Below are positions 33,961-44,717 of a DNA stretch of 64,000 nucleotides, one piece after another. The stretch covers positions 1 to 64,000 of the forward strand of contig CDROCS010005369.1 of assembly GCA_977020255.1 (NCBI GenBank), written 5' to 3'. The DNA is from Obrimoposthia wandeli. Taxonomy: Eukaryota. Under the pieces are notes generated by a model. That model worked only from the letters and a program-made list of their open reading frames with translations. It was not told where the DNA came from and ran no database searches. Both the position numbers and the translations under genes were made by a program. Numbering within the stretch: the stretch's first letter is position 1; each line of letters begins with the position of its first letter.

Positions 33961-35772
33961 TTATGCATCTATTGGATCAAGCAGGAAGATCTTTGCAGCT
34001 AACGCTGGAATCGCGATGGTCAGTTCACCCTTCCCCTCAACGATAAACAATATCTCCCTCTCACGACCATATAATTGCTCGGTGATCGAGTATTCACCAT
34101 TAAGACACTGCCAGGCATCAATCAGTGTCGACGGTAATTTAATCTGAACTCTCCCTTGATCTTTATCAGAGAAATTGACCATTACCAATATTTTTTGATG
34201 ACTATCGTAGCGACTAAAACAAAATAGTTGCTCATTATAGCTGTCACTATGCTCACGGTTGTAACGATGAATTTCATAATACTCACCGATCATGGCTGAA
34301 CTGTTCAACGAGAAATTGAGCAATCGCTGGTAGAAGTCACGTAATTCATGCTCTTCACTGGTAAGTAAGCCCCCGTCGAATTGACCATCGTTCATCCAAC
34401 GTTGGTGATGATTAACCCCATAATAGTCAAAGATAGTGGTACGTGAAGGCTGGCCAAATCCTGCATTATCAGCACCCGACTCGCCAACTTCTTGGCCAAA
34501 GTAAACCATCGTCGGAGATGTACTGATCGTCGTAGACACTAACATTGCAGGTTTACCTTTATTAGCATCACCCGCAAACTCAGGGCTAGCCACACGTTGC
34601 TCATCATGGTTATCAAGGAAGTGCAGCATATGATGCTCAATGTCCATTAACTGCTGCTGTACATCAACGAGGCTATCAGTGGATTCTCGCCCCTGCATCA
34701 CCAATTTCAATGTGTCATACAGATCAACTTTATCGTAGAGATAATCCATCTTCCCAAAATGAATATAGTCTCGATAGCGCTCAAATTGGTACACTTCGGC
34801 CATCAAAAATGCATCGGGGTTGACCTGCTTGATTGCAGAATTCATATAACTCCAAAACTCAATCGGCACCATTTCGGCCATATCGTAACGAAAGCCATCA
34901 ACGCCGAGAGCAAGCCAGTACAACGCGATATCACGGAACTTATCCCATGAATTTGGCACTGATTTATTTAGCCAAAATGCAAAGTGCGCCTGAATACTTC
35001 TTTGATCGTAGCCTTCAGGTAAAAGATCAAAGTCTTTACTGCCGTCAGGTCTCACCCCATAATTGACTTTGACCGTCTCATACCAATCATCACGCATCGG
35101 TTGCGCGAGACGAGAACCGTTACCGGTCCATTTTGCAGGGCATTCTTGATAAGGTGTGGCCAATAACGGGTGCTGTTCGCCCCCTAAAGGCAGGTCGCCA
35201 TCTTCAGATTCGGGTAATACGAATGGTTGTTTCGGAATATAATAAAAATTATTATCACGATGATATTCAACCGCCGTATTATCCGATGCCCCGAAATCAT
35301 CAATACCTTCTGGGTTACTCATACCTTGATATCTGCGAGCAAGATGGTTTGGCACAATATCAATGATGACTTTCAAACCGTGTTTATGGCTGCGCTCAAT
35401 TAAGGCTTTAAATTCTGCTAACCGATTGCTAGGGTCAACCGCTAGGTCTGGATTCACATTGTAATAATCTTTAACTGCATAAGGAGAGCCAGCCCGCCCT
35501 TTCACAACACTAGGATGATCCGTTGAAATCCCGTATTCGCTATAATCAGCAACAAGCGCATGATGAGGCACTCCGGTATACCAAATGTGTGTCACCCCTA
35601 ATGCTTTTATTTCACTTAAGGCTTTATCGGTAAAATCATTAAACTTGCCTACCCCATTCTCTGCAATTGTGCCCCAAGGTTTATTAGTCGTATTAGTATT
35701 ACCAAAAAGACGAGTAAACACCTGATAAACAACATGCTTTTTAACTACATTCGGTTTACTTGACTCTGTCAT
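33961..35772 (-). CDS. GH13 alpha-amylase family protein
   Basis: YQVFTRLFGN, IDIVPNH, GVDGFRYDMAEMV, MAEVY, FLDNHDEQR; no clear signal peptide; follows malM. Confidence 0.9.
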   Translation of the reverse strand: MTESSKPNVVKKHVVYQVFTRLFGNTNTTNKPWGTIAENGVGKFNDFTDKALSEIKALGVTHIWYTGVPHHALVADYSEYGISTDHPSVVKGRAGSPYAVKDYYNVNPDLAVDPSNRLAEFKALIERSHKHGLKVIIDIVPNHLARRYQGMSNPEGIDDFGASDNTAVEYHRDNNFYYIPKQPFVLPESEDGDLPLGGEQHPLLATPYQECPAKWTGNGSRLAQPMRDDWYETVKVNYGVRPDGSKDFDLLPEGYDQRSIQAHFAFWLNKSVPNSWDKFRDIALYWLALGVDGFRYDMAEMVPIEFWSYMNSAIKQVNPDAFLMAEVYQFERYRDYIHFGKMDYLYDKVDLYDTLKLVMQGRESTDSLVDVQQQLMDIEHHMLHFLDNHDEQRVASPEFAGDANKGKPAMLVSTTISTSPTMVYFGQEVGESGADNAGFGQPSRTTIFDYYGVNHHQRWMNDGQFDGGLLTSEEHELRDFYQRLLNFSLNSSAMIGEYYEIHRYNREHSDSYNEQLFCFSRYDSHQKILVMVNFSDKDQGRVQIKLPSTLIDAWQCLNGEYSITEQLYGREREILFIVEGKGELTIAIPALAAKIFLLDPIDA

Positions 35773-35846
35773 CAAAAACTCCGGTGACCTCAACGTATCA
35801 GTGTCTGCCTGTCTTTTGTATCTTAACTAAGACGGCTGATTGTCAT

Positions 35847-36713
35847 TTACTTTTTAATTAATTCAACAAAAGTTAATTCTGCAGAGCTTGAACCAGCACG
35901 CTTCGCTTCTTCCAACAACTGAAGTGCTTTATGCATGTCGTTTTTCCCGACAGCCGCTTTAATTTGCGTATTGTAGAAAGCTTCTGTTTCCGGCAACATT
36001 TTTGCGTCGGCAGCTTTATTGGCAGCGGTGGCCGGTACCAATGTTGCTGCAATAGCAGTCACTGGCGCGACAACAGTTTCAGTCACACGGTAAGACCGTA
36101 AATTTAACGGTTTAAGGCCTAATTCCAAAGAACCAAACTTCTGATGCTGGATCACAGGATCGGTCACCATTGGTCTACCTAGGCCAAGATCTTCAGCTCG
36201 AATACGCTCAGGGTGTGGGATCTGTATTTCGCCTTTGCGATACTCCAGCGGAGAGTAAACCACCATATACGGAGTGGTAGCCTGATCCATTTCAAAACGA
36301 TGTTGATAACTGCCTAGGCTGAATATACCTCCCTTTTTAACGTCAAAATCATCCAACCCGATCATTTCTACCGGCTCAAAATTAGAGTTTAACAGCATAA
36401 CTTTAGGTGCAAAAACGCCAGTTGTTCTCATCCAGCTGCTTAAATCAACCTGCATACGTTGAACATTCGCAGTTAATGCAAAAGCGGCGAAATAGCTTTC
36501 CCCTTCAGGGAACGCCCCAACTTGGGAATAGTCATCAATGGCAAAATCAATTTTACTACCTTGCATCGGTACCCATGAAAATTCGCTATAGCTAGCACAG
36601 CAAACCTGTTTGGTTACCGCCACGTTCTTTTCTATAGATGATGAAGGGGAAGATGCGCAGCCTATTAATGTTACCGCGAGTATTGCGGCAAGTGTCGTTT
36701 TTATCATTGTCAT
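35847..36713 (-). CDS. malM: Maltose operon protein MalM (lipoprotein-type)
   Basis: LIGC lipobox; VFAPKVMLLN, HPERIRAE, KALQLLEEAKRAGS; directly after lamB. Confidence 0.85.
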   Translation of the reverse strand: MTMIKTTLAAILAVTLIGCASSPSSSIEKNVAVTKQVCCASYSEFSWVPMQGSKIDFAIDDYSQVGAFPEGESYFAAFALTANVQRMQVDLSSWMRTTGVFAPKVMLLNSNFEPVEMIGLDDFDVKKGGIFSLGSYQHRFEMDQATTPYMVVYSPLEYRKGEIQIPHPERIRAEDLGLGRPMVTDPVIQHQKFGSLELGLKPLNLRSYRVTETVVAPVTAIAATLVPATAANKAADAKMLPETEAFYNTQIKAAVGKNDMHKALQLLEEAKRAGSSSAELTFVELIKK

Positions 36714-36837
36714 GTTTTAATCTCCAATAGCCCAGCTAGTCATAATATATGGGCATATATCTATTATTTCACTGTTGAAAATTAATAGATATATACTCAA
36801 AAAGGCAGCTCTAGGGCTGCCTTAAAATCAAATTGGT

Positions 36838-38142
36838 TTAGAACCAGATTTCAGTGTGTACACCAACAACAACTTCGCTACTTTCACCTGCAGCAAGTTT
36901 AATACCACCAGCACTTGCTTCATCAGTGCTGTAGTAAGTCACGTATGGTTTAATTTGTGGGCGACCGAAGTAATCTGCATTTACCGTAAATACTGTTGCA
37001 GCTTCTAACATGTAATATTTATTGCTGTCTTTACGACCCCATGCTGCGCCATCATCTAGTTTTTCCGACGATACAGACCCAGTTAGTTCTAAGCGTAGGT
37101 TATCATTGATTTTGTATGAAGGACGAGCAGCAAACATGATACGTTCGATATCTTTTTGACCGTAGAATTCATCGTTTGCGAAATACACAAATTCCGTACC
37201 GAGTTGTAGGTTTTCAGAGATATTCAACACACCATAAGAAGTGATAAATAAACCTGTAGAATCTTCAGAGAAGTCACCACTCCACTCTCCGAAATTAACA
37301 CCACGATTCGAAGCTATGCCTTTACCATATGCAATACCGGTTTGCGTCCAGCCATCTAAACCGTAGTAATCTCGGTTATAAGTGATCGCACCACCAATAC
37401 CATCTTCAGCGGACTTAAGGCCATCAGATAACGCGTCTTCTTGGTTAGCTTGCTCCATGTACTTAAGGTCAAAGTTCAAGCTACCACCCAAAGCTTCAAC
37501 ACCGTGATAATAAAAGTTATAAGAAGATAACGTTGTCCGAGTACCTAATGTATTAACGTTATTGTTAATATCACTACTTGGATCTGCAACTACAAATGCA
37601 AAACCAGCTGTATTACCGCCCAGCTTAGTTTGAATACCAGCACCTACGCCTGAGGTTTGATTCCAAAATTCACCCGATATTATTCCAGCTGAGCGATTCA
37701 GGAAACGTTGGCCGCCCCAAATTGAAGTGTCTTCACCTAAATATGATAAACCACCAATCTCTACAAAAGATTCTTTAATTTCAAATTGAGCTCTAGTGTT
37801 ATCTTTTTGACTACCTGATGAAGAGTACGCAAAAGAGTTACCGTTGCCATACTCAGAGCGTACGACGAAATTAGACCATGCACCGTTCCGATGTTCAGTA
37901 TGCTTCTTGATAGTAAATTCAACTTGGTTGGTACTTTGACCAGAAGTACCCGCTGAATGATAATCCGGCTTACCAAACTCTTCATGTACCGTCTCGCCAT
38001 CAACCATACGAAGATTCATTGAACCGTAACCGTTTACCTCCCAGCCATCGGTTAATACATCAGTGCCCGATTCAGCAGCTACATTGTAAGAAGTTAGTGC
38101 TACAAGTATCGCCGCAGCTACGGGTAAAAGTTTATGAGTCAT
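36838..38142 (-). CDS. lamB: Maltoporin / carbohydrate porin LamB
   Basis: Signal peptide; WGGQRFLNR, YFGRPQIKPY, C-terminal VHTEIWF. Confidence 0.88.
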   Translation of the reverse strand: MTHKLLPVAAAILVALTSYNVAAESGTDVLTDGWEVNGYGSMNLRMVDGETVHEEFGKPDYHSAGTSGQSTNQVEFTIKKHTEHRNGAWSNFVVRSEYGNGNSFAYSSSGSQKDNTRAQFEIKESFVEIGGLSYLGEDTSIWGGQRFLNRSAGIISGEFWNQTSGVGAGIQTKLGGNTAGFAFVVADPSSDINNNVNTLGTRTTLSSYNFYYHGVEALGGSLNFDLKYMEQANQEDALSDGLKSAEDGIGGAITYNRDYYGLDGWTQTGIAYGKGIASNRGVNFGEWSGDFSEDSTGLFITSYGVLNISENLQLGTEFVYFANDEFYGQKDIERIMFAARPSYKINDNLRLELTGSVSSEKLDDGAAWGRKDSNKYYMLEAATVFTVNADYFGRPQIKPYVTYYSTDEASAGGIKLAAGESSEVVVGVHTEIWF

Positions 38143-38224
38143 GAGTGTATCCCTTCATTAATTATTATAAGAGTTGTTTAGTCATCTTTTCGGTAATTAT
38201 ATTAAGCTTTGATAGCGTTTTTCG

Positions 38225-38307
38225 CCTCATCCTCACGGGGGAGTAGCAGGGGGGAGGGGGTGGACGTAGTAAAAAGTCTATATTAGTGTTTCGTGACAAC
38301 TCTCACG
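38225..38307 (-). promoter_or_regulatory. lamB promoter: MalT box and CRP-like site
   Basis: CCTCATCCTC (GAGGATGAGG on minus) 38225-38234; G-rich opposite-orientation boxes; CGTGA-N6-TCACG 38292-38307. Confidence 0.7.
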
Positions 38308-38636
38308 AATATCAGGCGTATTGCTGTAATAAAAATACGAAACCCCAAAATAAAACATGACCAACATCTCTTATTTCAATACTTTAAGACTGTAATGGTT
38401 ATAAAAAAACATTAACATTTTATTAAATAAATATACTTTTAATTATATTTATTTAAATTCCAGCCTACATAAATCACTCCTTTAGGGATATGTCTTACAA
38501 GCAAGCTTTCAATCTCCTATTCACGATACTGAGTGTCAATATTTTGAAGCCAAAAATACAAAAGGCTCTATTCAAACAGCAATGAATAGAGCCTAAACAA
38601 GAAAATAATTAACCTTCGATATCAATCAATATCAGT

Positions 38637-40280
38637 TTATGCTGAGAACAACACAGCAAAAGACTCATAAGGTTTTAGAGTTACGGTAGTACCTAAATAT
38701 TGATGTGGTTCATAGTTGAAAATAATACACTCAGCCTCCTCTGTCTGAAGTGACTCAGGTAAAGCAACAGTGACAGCGCAGGCAGTAAAGTTATTTAGTA
38801 CAAACAAACGGTGCTGCTCATCTGAACGAATATAACCAAATACCTGCTCATGCTCTTCAAATACCGGCTCAAAAATACCATGTACAATCACAGGTAATGA
38901 CTTACGTAATTGAATCAGCTTCTGATAATGATAAAAAATAGAGTCTTTATCTTCCAACGCCGCATCGACGTTAATTTCAGGGTAATTAGGGTTAACCTGT
39001 AACCAAGGCTGAGTCAGTGAGAACCCGGCGTTATCCGTATTGTTCCATTGCATTGGCGTACGACCATTATCACGACTATTTTCATGTACAGCAGCCAACA
39101 TGGTTTCCGGCGCCACACCATTCTCTGTACGTTCTTTATAAAAATTTAGCGTTTCAATATCACGATAATCATCGATGCTGTCGAACGCGACATTCGTCAT
39201 GCCAATCTCTTCACCTTGATAAACATACGGCGTGCCTTTCATCATGTGCAGCGTTGTCGCCAGCATTTTTGCAGATTCAACACGATACTGACCATCATCA
39301 CCAAACTTCGACACGGCGCGAGGCAGATCATGGTTATTCCAGAATAGAGAATTCCAGCCCTCATCGGCCAGTTCGATCTGCCACTTAGTCAGCACGCGCT
39401 TGAATTCAGGTAGATCAAGTGCAATAGGGTTCCATTTATCACCGTGTTTCCAAGTCAGAGCAATATGTTCAAACTGGAACACCATCGAAAATTCATTACG
39501 CGCTGGATCGCTGAACAGTTTAGCCATTTCAGGCGTCGCACCCCATGTTTCCCCCACAGTAAGCAGATCTTTGTCACCGAAGGTCGCCTTATTCATTTGT
39601 TGTAGTAGCGGGTGCAGACGAGGTCCATTACCGGTAATCTTTTTATCAATTTCCTTACCGATTAGATCGATAACATCAAGGCGAAATCCACCGATACCGC
39701 GGTCAATCCACCAGTTCATCATCTTATGCACTTCTTGTTGAATTCTGGGATTTTCCCAGTTAAGATCAGGCTGCTTCTTAGAGAAAAGGTGGAAGTAATA
39801 TTCGCCCGTATTGTCATCGAACGCCCATGCACCGCCACCAAACACCGAACCTTGATCATCCGGTACGGAACCATCTTCTTTAGGCTGGCGCCAGATATAG
39901 TAATCGCGGTAGGGGTTATATTTCGATTTACGGGCTTCTGTAAACCAAGGGTGCTCATCTGAAGTATGGTTAACCACCAAATCCATGATAATACGAATAT
40001 CACGTTGCTTGGCATCGGCAAGCAACTGCAGCATATCTTCCATCGTGCCAAATTCTGCAGCTATATCTTGATAGTCAGAAATATCATAACCATTATCATC
40101 CATTGGTGAACGGTAAACAGGCGATAGCCAAATCACGTTGACACCTAAGGCTTTCAGGTAATCCAGCTTGCTAATAATACCTTGCAGATCCCCCATGCCA
40201 TCATTATTGGAATCACAAAAGCTGCGTGGATAAATCTGGTAGACAACAGCATCGTGCCACCACTTTGGGGTCATTTTCAT
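38637..40280 (-). CDS. GH13_31-type oligo-1,6-glucosidase / glucan 1,6-alpha-glucosidase
   Basis: YQIYPRSFCDSN, MDLVVNHTSDEH, GFRLDVIDLI, TVGETWG, WNNHDLPR, SRDNGRTPMQW. Confidence 0.9.
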   Translation of the reverse strand: MKMTPKWWHDAVVYQIYPRSFCDSNNDGMGDLQGIISKLDYLKALGVNVIWLSPVYRSPMDDNGYDISDYQDIAAEFGTMEDMLQLLADAKQRDIRIIMDLVVNHTSDEHPWFTEARKSKYNPYRDYYIWRQPKEDGSVPDDQGSVFGGGAWAFDDNTGEYYFHLFSKKQPDLNWENPRIQQEVHKMMNWWIDRGIGGFRLDVIDLIGKEIDKKITGNGPRLHPLLQQMNKATFGDKDLLTVGETWGATPEMAKLFSDPARNEFSMVFQFEHIALTWKHGDKWNPIALDLPEFKRVLTKWQIELADEGWNSLFWNNHDLPRAVSKFGDDGQYRVESAKMLATTLHMMKGTPYVYQGEEIGMTNVAFDSIDDYRDIETLNFYKERTENGVAPETMLAAVHENSRDNGRTPMQWNNTDNAGFSLTQPWLQVNPNYPEINVDAALEDKDSIFYHYQKLIQLRKSLPVIVHGIFEPVFEEHEQVFGYIRSDEQHRLFVLNNFTACAVTVALPESLQTEEAECIIFNYEPHQYLGTTVTLKPYESFAVLFSA

Positions 40281-40392
40281 GGACAGAACTTCCTTTAAAT
40301 AGCTTTAAATAGGCTTAAATCAAAAAAGAGATATCTTCAATACCTATATCATAATCTTCTGATTAGCAGTTTAAAAATACCCCAGCCCACAC

Positions 40393-40417
40393 GTGATATA
40401 GGTTTTCCCTATATCAC
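40393..40417. promoter_or_regulatory. Perfect 10-bp inverted repeat, candidate LysR operator
   Basis: GTGATATAGG-ttttc-CCTATATCAC, containing a T-N11-A core, between the divergent glucosidase and LysR genes. Confidence 0.55.
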
Positions 40418-40527
40418 AGGTAATTTAAGAGAGCTAAATCACAAGTTTCAATGGATCCGGATTCCCACCAAATTCAATAAATGTGATACTTATCGTCAAA
40501 CTCTTTCAGCCACATAGTCATTACGTT

Positions 40528-41436
40528 ATGGATAAAAGCTACAAACAATTTCTTGTCGTCGCCGAGCTGAGTAATATCAGCCTTGCTGCCAGCCATTTAG
40601 GTCTTAGCCAGCCAACGCTCACCAATAACATAAAAAAGCTCGAAGCTAACTTTGATGTGCCTTTATTTATCCGCAAATCTAAAGGTGTTGAACTAACTGA
40701 ATATGGACGATTATTGCAGGATCAAGCGCTCGAATTGCAACGCCGTCACGACTCACTGTTACACAAAATGGCAGATCTTAAAGCGAGAAAAACTGAAAAA
40801 ATTAAGATGGGCACCGGTGATGCATGGTGGGAAATTTTTGTTAAAAAAGCGCTCCAGCAATATAGTGACGATAACCCTTCCATCTCGATTCAGCTTGAAT
40901 TTGGTAACCATCTAAAATTGATGGATATGCTGATACACGGTAAAATAGACTTGTTTGTCGGTCATGAAATCATTGGCTTATCACGGCGCTGCAATGTCAC
41001 ATTTATTCCACTGTTGCAGGATAAAGAAGCGCTGTTTGTCCATCGCTCCCACCCTTTACTTGTTAATCAATTACGAGAAGCAGATACCGAGCTATATCCT
41101 TTACTGCAAGTAACGCCTGATTCAGACGCTTATCAGCATTTGATTGAAAATCCACAGCCCAAGCAACTAGAGAGAGAACGAAAAAAAGTATCAGAGCGCA
41201 TTGTCTATGAGATCAACTCATTGACAGCCAGCATCGATATTCTTAGCTCAACAGCGGCAATTATGCCCTATCCACTGAGCATGGCAGATTACTTTTCACA
41301 GGCAGATATAATGCCCTTGCCGTTAGCCCAAGACGGTCAAACTGGTACAGTTGGGATTTATCACTTAAATGAAATACTGGTAAAACACGTCGCAGATATC
41401 AAGCATCAGTTGATATTGAATGGTAAGTTAATTTAG
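40528..41436 (+). CDS. LysR family transcriptional regulator
   Basis: NISLAASHLGLSQPTLTNNIKKLE..FIRKSKGVELT. Confidence 0.92.
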   Translation: MDKSYKQFLVVAELSNISLAASHLGLSQPTLTNNIKKLEANFDVPLFIRKSKGVELTEYGRLLQDQALELQRRHDSLLHKMADLKARKTEKIKMGTGDAWWEIFVKKALQQYSDDNPSISIQLEFGNHLKLMDMLIHGKIDLFVGHEIIGLSRRCNVTFIPLLQDKEALFVHRSHPLLVNQLREADTELYPLLQVTPDSDAYQHLIENPQPKQLERERKKVSERIVYEINSLTASIDILSSTAAIMPYPLSMADYFSQADIMPLPLAQDGQTGTVGIYHLNEILVKHVADIKHQLILNGKLI

Positions 41437-41524
41437 ATGTAGTAACAAATAAAAACCCTCTTCATGAGGGTTTTAAATATTATAATAACTTATTAAATAT
41501 TCACAATATTATTAAGGTGAAATA

Positions 41525-44494
41525 TTAGATCTGAGTTACTGTGTAGGTGTTACTATTGTCAAACAAAGTGATGCGATATGTACCAGCCCCCTCACGGATA
41601 GCGATATCAGCGCCGTAAAGTTCAATACTGCCATCGGCACCGTTATCTCCAAAGTTTTTTCTCCAGTCGCCAAACACATCGAACTTAAATCGTGCGTCGA
41701 TGCTGGCTACGAAGCTAACTTCAACTTGCCAGGTATAGTCTGCGGTCAACGCCATCTCAGTGCTGATCCAGCTGTTATTAGTACCACGGATAACAGCGCT
41801 GGGCAGGTTCGATACAAAACGACAATTCTGTTCGCACTGCGCTGTTGTAATAACGATTTTTTTGGTATTCTCGACGGCTTCAACACCAGTGCGTACCGAA
41901 ATGACGTTACCTTCTTTAATCCAGCCTTTTGCGCCATCGGTTTCCAATGCGACACGATTAACCAAGTGAGTGAGTGGTGAGCCATTCAGGGTTACGCTAT
42001 CTCTACCGTCAGAACTAACGAGGTAACGTACTTCGTTGTTTCGGCTGCTGAGAGCCCCAGGAAAACTGCCGTGAGCAGCGCCGATAATTATTTCGATCCC
42101 GTTACTGATCGGTGTTTGGCTGAGTAGGGTTTCGCGAACCTGATAGTGCGGTACATTATTGGAATCGTAGTACTCAACCGTGGCACCATCATCTTCATAT
42201 AACATGAAACTACTAGCTTTGTCGTACGGAAAGAGCTTAATTATCAACTCGTCATGACGCGATCCATCTTTACGGTGGCCGTATACATCTTTTGTTTGCG
42301 CATCAACAAACATCATCGGAATGATGGCTCCTGCGCGAACGTAAGTTGGTACACGGTTGCGATTTTCCGATGATATCCATTGGTTCACGCTTGGCAAGGT
42401 AATACCGTTTTCGCTCACGTACTTTTCAAGTGTGTGGTAGTTGTACCAAGTTCCTTCAGGTAGGTAGACGTCGCGGCTTTCTTTAAACTGGGTTGTCAGA
42501 CTAGCGACCAAGATATCTTTCCCGATCATCTTCTGATCTGCCTTGCCGATCAACGCTGTATCGTCTTGGTAATAGAAAGGCATGGGAACGATCACTGGCT
42601 CGCCATACCTATAGGCGCGATGTGCTAGAGAATAGTAGTAAGGGATCAATTCGTAGCGCTGGCGCAAATTGCTCAGATTCCCAACAGCGTTACCTATCTC
42701 CGCCGGAGACGTTTCGGTGATAATACAGTCGCTTCCGCCAGCTCCGGGCATGCCGCAATTGTTACCGTGAGGACGCAGCGGAATATCCAGCCAGGCAGCA
42801 TTGGCAAACCAGAGACTGTACATTTCATTTTCGCTGTAACCAGTTCCTGGCTCAATTGCAGTATCCTTATTGCCTTTATCGTCTGATTTACGCCAAAAAC
42901 CACCAATATCCGAGCTGTAGTAATCGATGCCGGCAAAAGACATTTGCATTGCCGCATTATAGTGCATGTTCATGTGATCAAGACGACCGCCAATATCACC
43001 AGACCATAAACCAGTACCGTAACGTTGAGAGCCAATAGTACCAGCACGAGCAATAGAGTAAGGGCGCTGCGGATTTTTGACGTGGTTACGTACATAGCCG
43101 TCATAGATAGATTTACTCCACAACAGATTGTGGACGTTATTGTAATCGGTGTGGTTACCGTTGGCATAACAAGAATTAGAACGATAATCTTCTGGCTCAC
43201 CTAAGTCTGTCCAGTGACCAAAAATACCTAAATCGATAATGTTGGGTTGGCGAACATTGTCGTGCCACCACGCTGCGCCAGCACTGTTCGACCAGTCGAT
43301 AATTCCACTGACACCAAACCAGTTGTTAAATTCTGTGACATCGTTAGTACCACAGTTTTTGGCAAAACCGCCATGAGCAGCCATACCATCGTAGTTGCTG
43401 CCACCATAGTTACCCTGTTTGGATACATATGATTCTTCAATGGTGATCAGACCAATGCCGTCATTCTTTAAACTGGCCACTTTACTAGCCGGATCGGGAA
43501 AAGCTTCCTCATCGAAACGTAAATCGCCCATGGGGTTGGCTTCATCGTTATTCTGCCAGGCGTGTTTGAAACCAAACCAAGCAACATCGAGCAACGCGCC
43601 GTCGATAGGAAAATCACTTTGGCGCAACGTATTGATGGTATCGTCCAGTTCAGCCCAATTATCGTAAGAAAATTCGGATATCCACATTCCCAGCGCCTTC
43701 TTTGGCAACACGGGTGGACGACCTACCAATTCCATAAAATCGCTGCGTAAGTCAGGTAAATCAACACCGCTCAGATAGTAAAGATTGGTTTCGGCTGCAT
43801 TTTTGTTGCGAATTCCCCACCATTCGCGAGAGAGGTCAAAATTGTTCTTAAATTTGGAATCAAGAAACAGTGCATAGTTGATGTTGTTACCCACGGCATA
43901 TAACACAGGGAACTGTAATCGTGGCGTGGTGGCGCCAGCGTAAGCACCATCGCTATATGTCACGCTGCTGAAGGTGTTGCCCCGGTCATCTGGAGTGCCG
44001 AACCCTCCAGCTTTTAACCATTCACCATTGACCTGTCCACCGTGGTTCAGATCAATAGGGGCAAACGTTTGACCTAAACCGTACACCGAATGTATACCAA
44101 GGTTGTGAATGGAAGCACCCTGCCAAGTGTTATCATAGATTGCAGGACAAATGGTGGCACTCTGCTTATTACTTTGTTTTAGTTCGTTAATAGCGATACA
44201 ACCGTTGTTGCTGTCTACGCTAACGCTCAGCTCATGAGTGTTAAAACCGTTTCCATTAAGACTATACATATTTGGGCCTGAATAGTCGTTCTTAAACACC
44301 ATCGCGGTATTGTTTATTGTCGTTTCACCAGTAGCATTACGGTGGTGGCGAAAAGAGATATGTATCAGGTCGTCGTCTAGCACTTCAATGACAGTACTGG
44401 CCGAACCGTAATTAACAACATACGGTTCAGGAACTATAGCAAAGCACAAGCAGGGGGTTAACAGATAACAAATTGCTAATAATTTATTTTTCAT
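41525..44494 (-). CDS. Secreted GH31 enzyme (CtsZ/Agd31B-like) with C-terminal starch-binding-type module
   Basis: Signal peptide; HWTDLGEPE nucleophile, WSGD acid/base, YYSSDIGGF, LRPHG; C-terminal RGTNNSW..RFKFD..WRKNFGD module. Confidence 0.88.
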   Translation of the reverse strand: MKNKLLAICYLLTPCLCFAIVPEPYVVNYGSASTVIEVLDDDLIHISFRHHRNATGETTINNTAMVFKNDYSGPNMYSLNGNGFNTHELSVSVDSNNGCIAINELKQSNKQSATICPAIYDNTWQGASIHNLGIHSVYGLGQTFAPIDLNHGGQVNGEWLKAGGFGTPDDRGNTFSSVTYSDGAYAGATTPRLQFPVLYAVGNNINYALFLDSKFKNNFDLSREWWGIRNKNAAETNLYYLSGVDLPDLRSDFMELVGRPPVLPKKALGMWISEFSYDNWAELDDTINTLRQSDFPIDGALLDVAWFGFKHAWQNNDEANPMGDLRFDEEAFPDPASKVASLKNDGIGLITIEESYVSKQGNYGGSNYDGMAAHGGFAKNCGTNDVTEFNNWFGVSGIIDWSNSAGAAWWHDNVRQPNIIDLGIFGHWTDLGEPEDYRSNSCYANGNHTDYNNVHNLLWSKSIYDGYVRNHVKNPQRPYSIARAGTIGSQRYGTGLWSGDIGGRLDHMNMHYNAAMQMSFAGIDYYSSDIGGFWRKSDDKGNKDTAIEPGTGYSENEMYSLWFANAAWLDIPLRPHGNNCGMPGAGGSDCIITETSPAEIGNAVGNLSNLRQRYELIPYYYSLAHRAYRYGEPVIVPMPFYYQDDTALIGKADQKMIGKDILVASLTTQFKESRDVYLPEGTWYNYHTLEKYVSENGITLPSVNQWISSENRNRVPTYVRAGAIIPMMFVDAQTKDVYGHRKDGSRHDELIIKLFPYDKASSFMLYEDDGATVEYYDSNNVPHYQVRETLLSQTPISNGIEIIIGAAHGSFPGALSSRNNEVRYLVSSDGRDSVTLNGSPLTHLVNRVALETDGAKGWIKEGNVISVRTGVEAVENTKKIVITTAQCEQNCRFVSNLPSAVIRGTNNSWISTEMALTADYTWQVEVSFVASIDARFKFDVFGDWRKNFGDNGADGSIELYGADIAIREGAGTYRITLFDNSNTYTVTQI

Positions 44495-44554
44495 ATAAAA
44501 ATCATCTATTTATTAATAAGGATGTGCATTTTCTACATAAAGTAGGCCAAAAAA

Positions 44555-44564
44555 CCTCCTCCTC
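44555..44564 (-). promoter_or_regulatory. MalT box upstream of the first GH31
   Basis: CCTCCTCCTC (GAGGAGGAGG on minus) ~60 bp upstream of the start, oriented with the gene. Confidence 0.6.
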
Positions 44565-44717
44565 AGCGCTACACCCCCATCAAAAAATTTAATATTTGTG
44601 CAATATCATGCATTTTGTATGTGGTTATCTGTGGGGAATTAAAAAATAAATGATGACAAGCATCATAATAATTAAAAAATGAACAGTGACGGCCCTACCA
44701 ATAGTAATTTTTTTGCC

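Noticed and set aside
18326-38142. malK separated from lamB-malM by ~17 kb
   Set aside because: To my knowledge split mal operons are ordinary outside enterobacteria
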